Source: Catajapyx aquilonaris (Eukaryota). From it: 64,000 nucleotides of DNA. The notes below the pieces were generated by a model. That model saw nothing but the letters and a program-made list of their open reading frames with translations. It ran no database searches and was not told where the DNA came from. Position numbers and translations under genes: made by a program. Below are positions 62,599 to 64,000 of the stretch, one piece after another. The DNA lies in the NCBI GenBank assembly GCA_000934665.2, contig JYFJ02001206.1:1-64000 (forward strand), in the 5' to 3' direction. Positions within the stretch are counted from its first letter, which is position 1. Every line of letters begins with the position of its first letter.

Positions 62599-64000
62599 TT
62601 ACATGATTGATTTTCTTGGGGGCAAAGGAGGAGTTCGTTGAGTGTTATGCGTCGCTGCAGAACTTGCATCAGCATAAATTTCATCATCATTTGCATTTTT
62701 ATGTACATTTCCTCCATCATTATAAATGGGTTCTTCAGTGACGTTTCCTGCATCATCATAAGTACTCTCATCATTGTTTGCATGAACCTGGACCGGTGTG
62801 GTACTTTCTGCATCATCGTAAACAGGATTATGATTCTGGCCATTTGTAGCATCATCATAAATAGGATGTTGATTATGGCCATTTGTAGCATCATCATAAA
62901 TAGGATTTTGATCCTGGTCATTCTCCACGACATTTGTAGCGTCGTCGTAAACAGCAGAATTTTCGCAGTGCCCATGTCGAGAATTATGTGTCACATTCAT
63001 ATCTTCATATATAGGTGCCTTAATATTTCCAGCCTCTTCATACACTTTGTTGTGATGTCTGGAAGTGGGTGACACATTTCCTGCATCAACATAAGTTTGT
63101 GGTCTGTTGTTCTGATGTGAAAAATCACGTGATATATTTCCAGCATCGATATATGTGCTGTTGTCCTGGATACTTGTTGCTGGAGATTGCTGATGACTTC
63201 TGGGTGGTAAATGCCGATTGTCTTCCTGGCTATGGATTTGAACTATTGCTGATGACCCAAGACCACTCGGGCTGGCTTGATGGGAATTGCTTACCTGATC
63301 CGGGCTATAAAAATTAGTAGACCTTACAGAATTCATTAGAGACTTGCCCAGTCCTGGCCTTCTTTTATGCCACAAAAAGGTCATAACCTGCAAAATGGAT
63401 AATCACTGTATATTGCGTAAGTAGTACTTAATTATAGAAAATAAGACCTTTGTGTGCAGGGTTTCTAAAAATATGCAATTACCAGTAATCCTATCAGGGT
63501 GATTGCAAACAAAGTGCCCAAAGCGATAGCAGCACCCCTACTTTTATCTCCTTGTACAATGACCACCGTTGCTTCTGTAAAATAATTAATATGCATATAA
63601 TTTATTAAAATGCTACTATATGTAATCAAATTATATTAATTCAATGACATACTTGTAGTACTTTGGAGATGTGTCGTCCTTGTCGATTCTGTAGTATTTG
63701 CATATGTTGTGGTTGTCTCTTTTGTGTGGTTGGAAGTGTGGTTGTAATATTCATTGTTGTAGTTACAGCTGTGGCAGCTGTTGTTGCATTATGTGGCTCT
63801 GATGTGACTTTTGACGTTGATTTCGTGGTATGACCAGTTGCCTTGATGGTCAAGTTCTGAATAATTTTTCCTGCATGGACGTCACGAACTTTGCAGATGA
63901 CCGAGTGGGTAAAATCACAGGGAAAAACATTCATTCCTTCATGTGTAATTGCCACGCACCCGGTGGTTTTTTGCAACTCCACATCACTTCTGTAACAAAA
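62599..64000 (-). CDS. C-type lectin receptor L8 (5' part outside window): CTLD end, mucin, TM, ~260-aa tail with an array of Y-x-[DE] motifs
   Basis: GCVAI...FPCDFTHSVICKV; TM exon about 63574-63483 (GAAIALGTLFAITLIGLL); last exon 63387-62599. Confidence 0.85.

Overview
Eukaryotic genomic DNA with compact GT-AG introns (mostly ~50-90 bp), almost certainly from an arthropod. I assembled 18 multi-exon genes by hand. They are: one conserved LRR gene (5.8-9.3 kb); three tandem LRR/mucin/FN3-like receptors with an N-terminal membrane anchor, a C-terminal TM and paired ITIM-like tyrosines (11.5-21 kb); two convergent YWTD-propeller/EGF receptors (23-27 kb); two tandem prophenoloxidases (28-36 kb); and ten C-type-lectin (CTL) type-I receptors (37-64 kb). 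Nearly all 15 receptors carry cytoplasmic tyrosine-motif tails with no catalytic domain, and several promoters carry GATA/RUNX motifs, so the window looks like a haemocyte immune-receptor complex built around the melanisation genes. Two lectin-region genes (44.3-47.8 and 48.5-51.9 kb) are young chimeras: the propeller-EGF-mucin half of the 25-27 kb gene is fused inside an exon to the CTL-CTL-TM-tail half of the 52.7-55.0 kb gene, and both parents are still present. Exon boundaries are manual predictions and all functional claims are inference. SINEs, MITEs, palindromes and one assembly N (13199) are also present.
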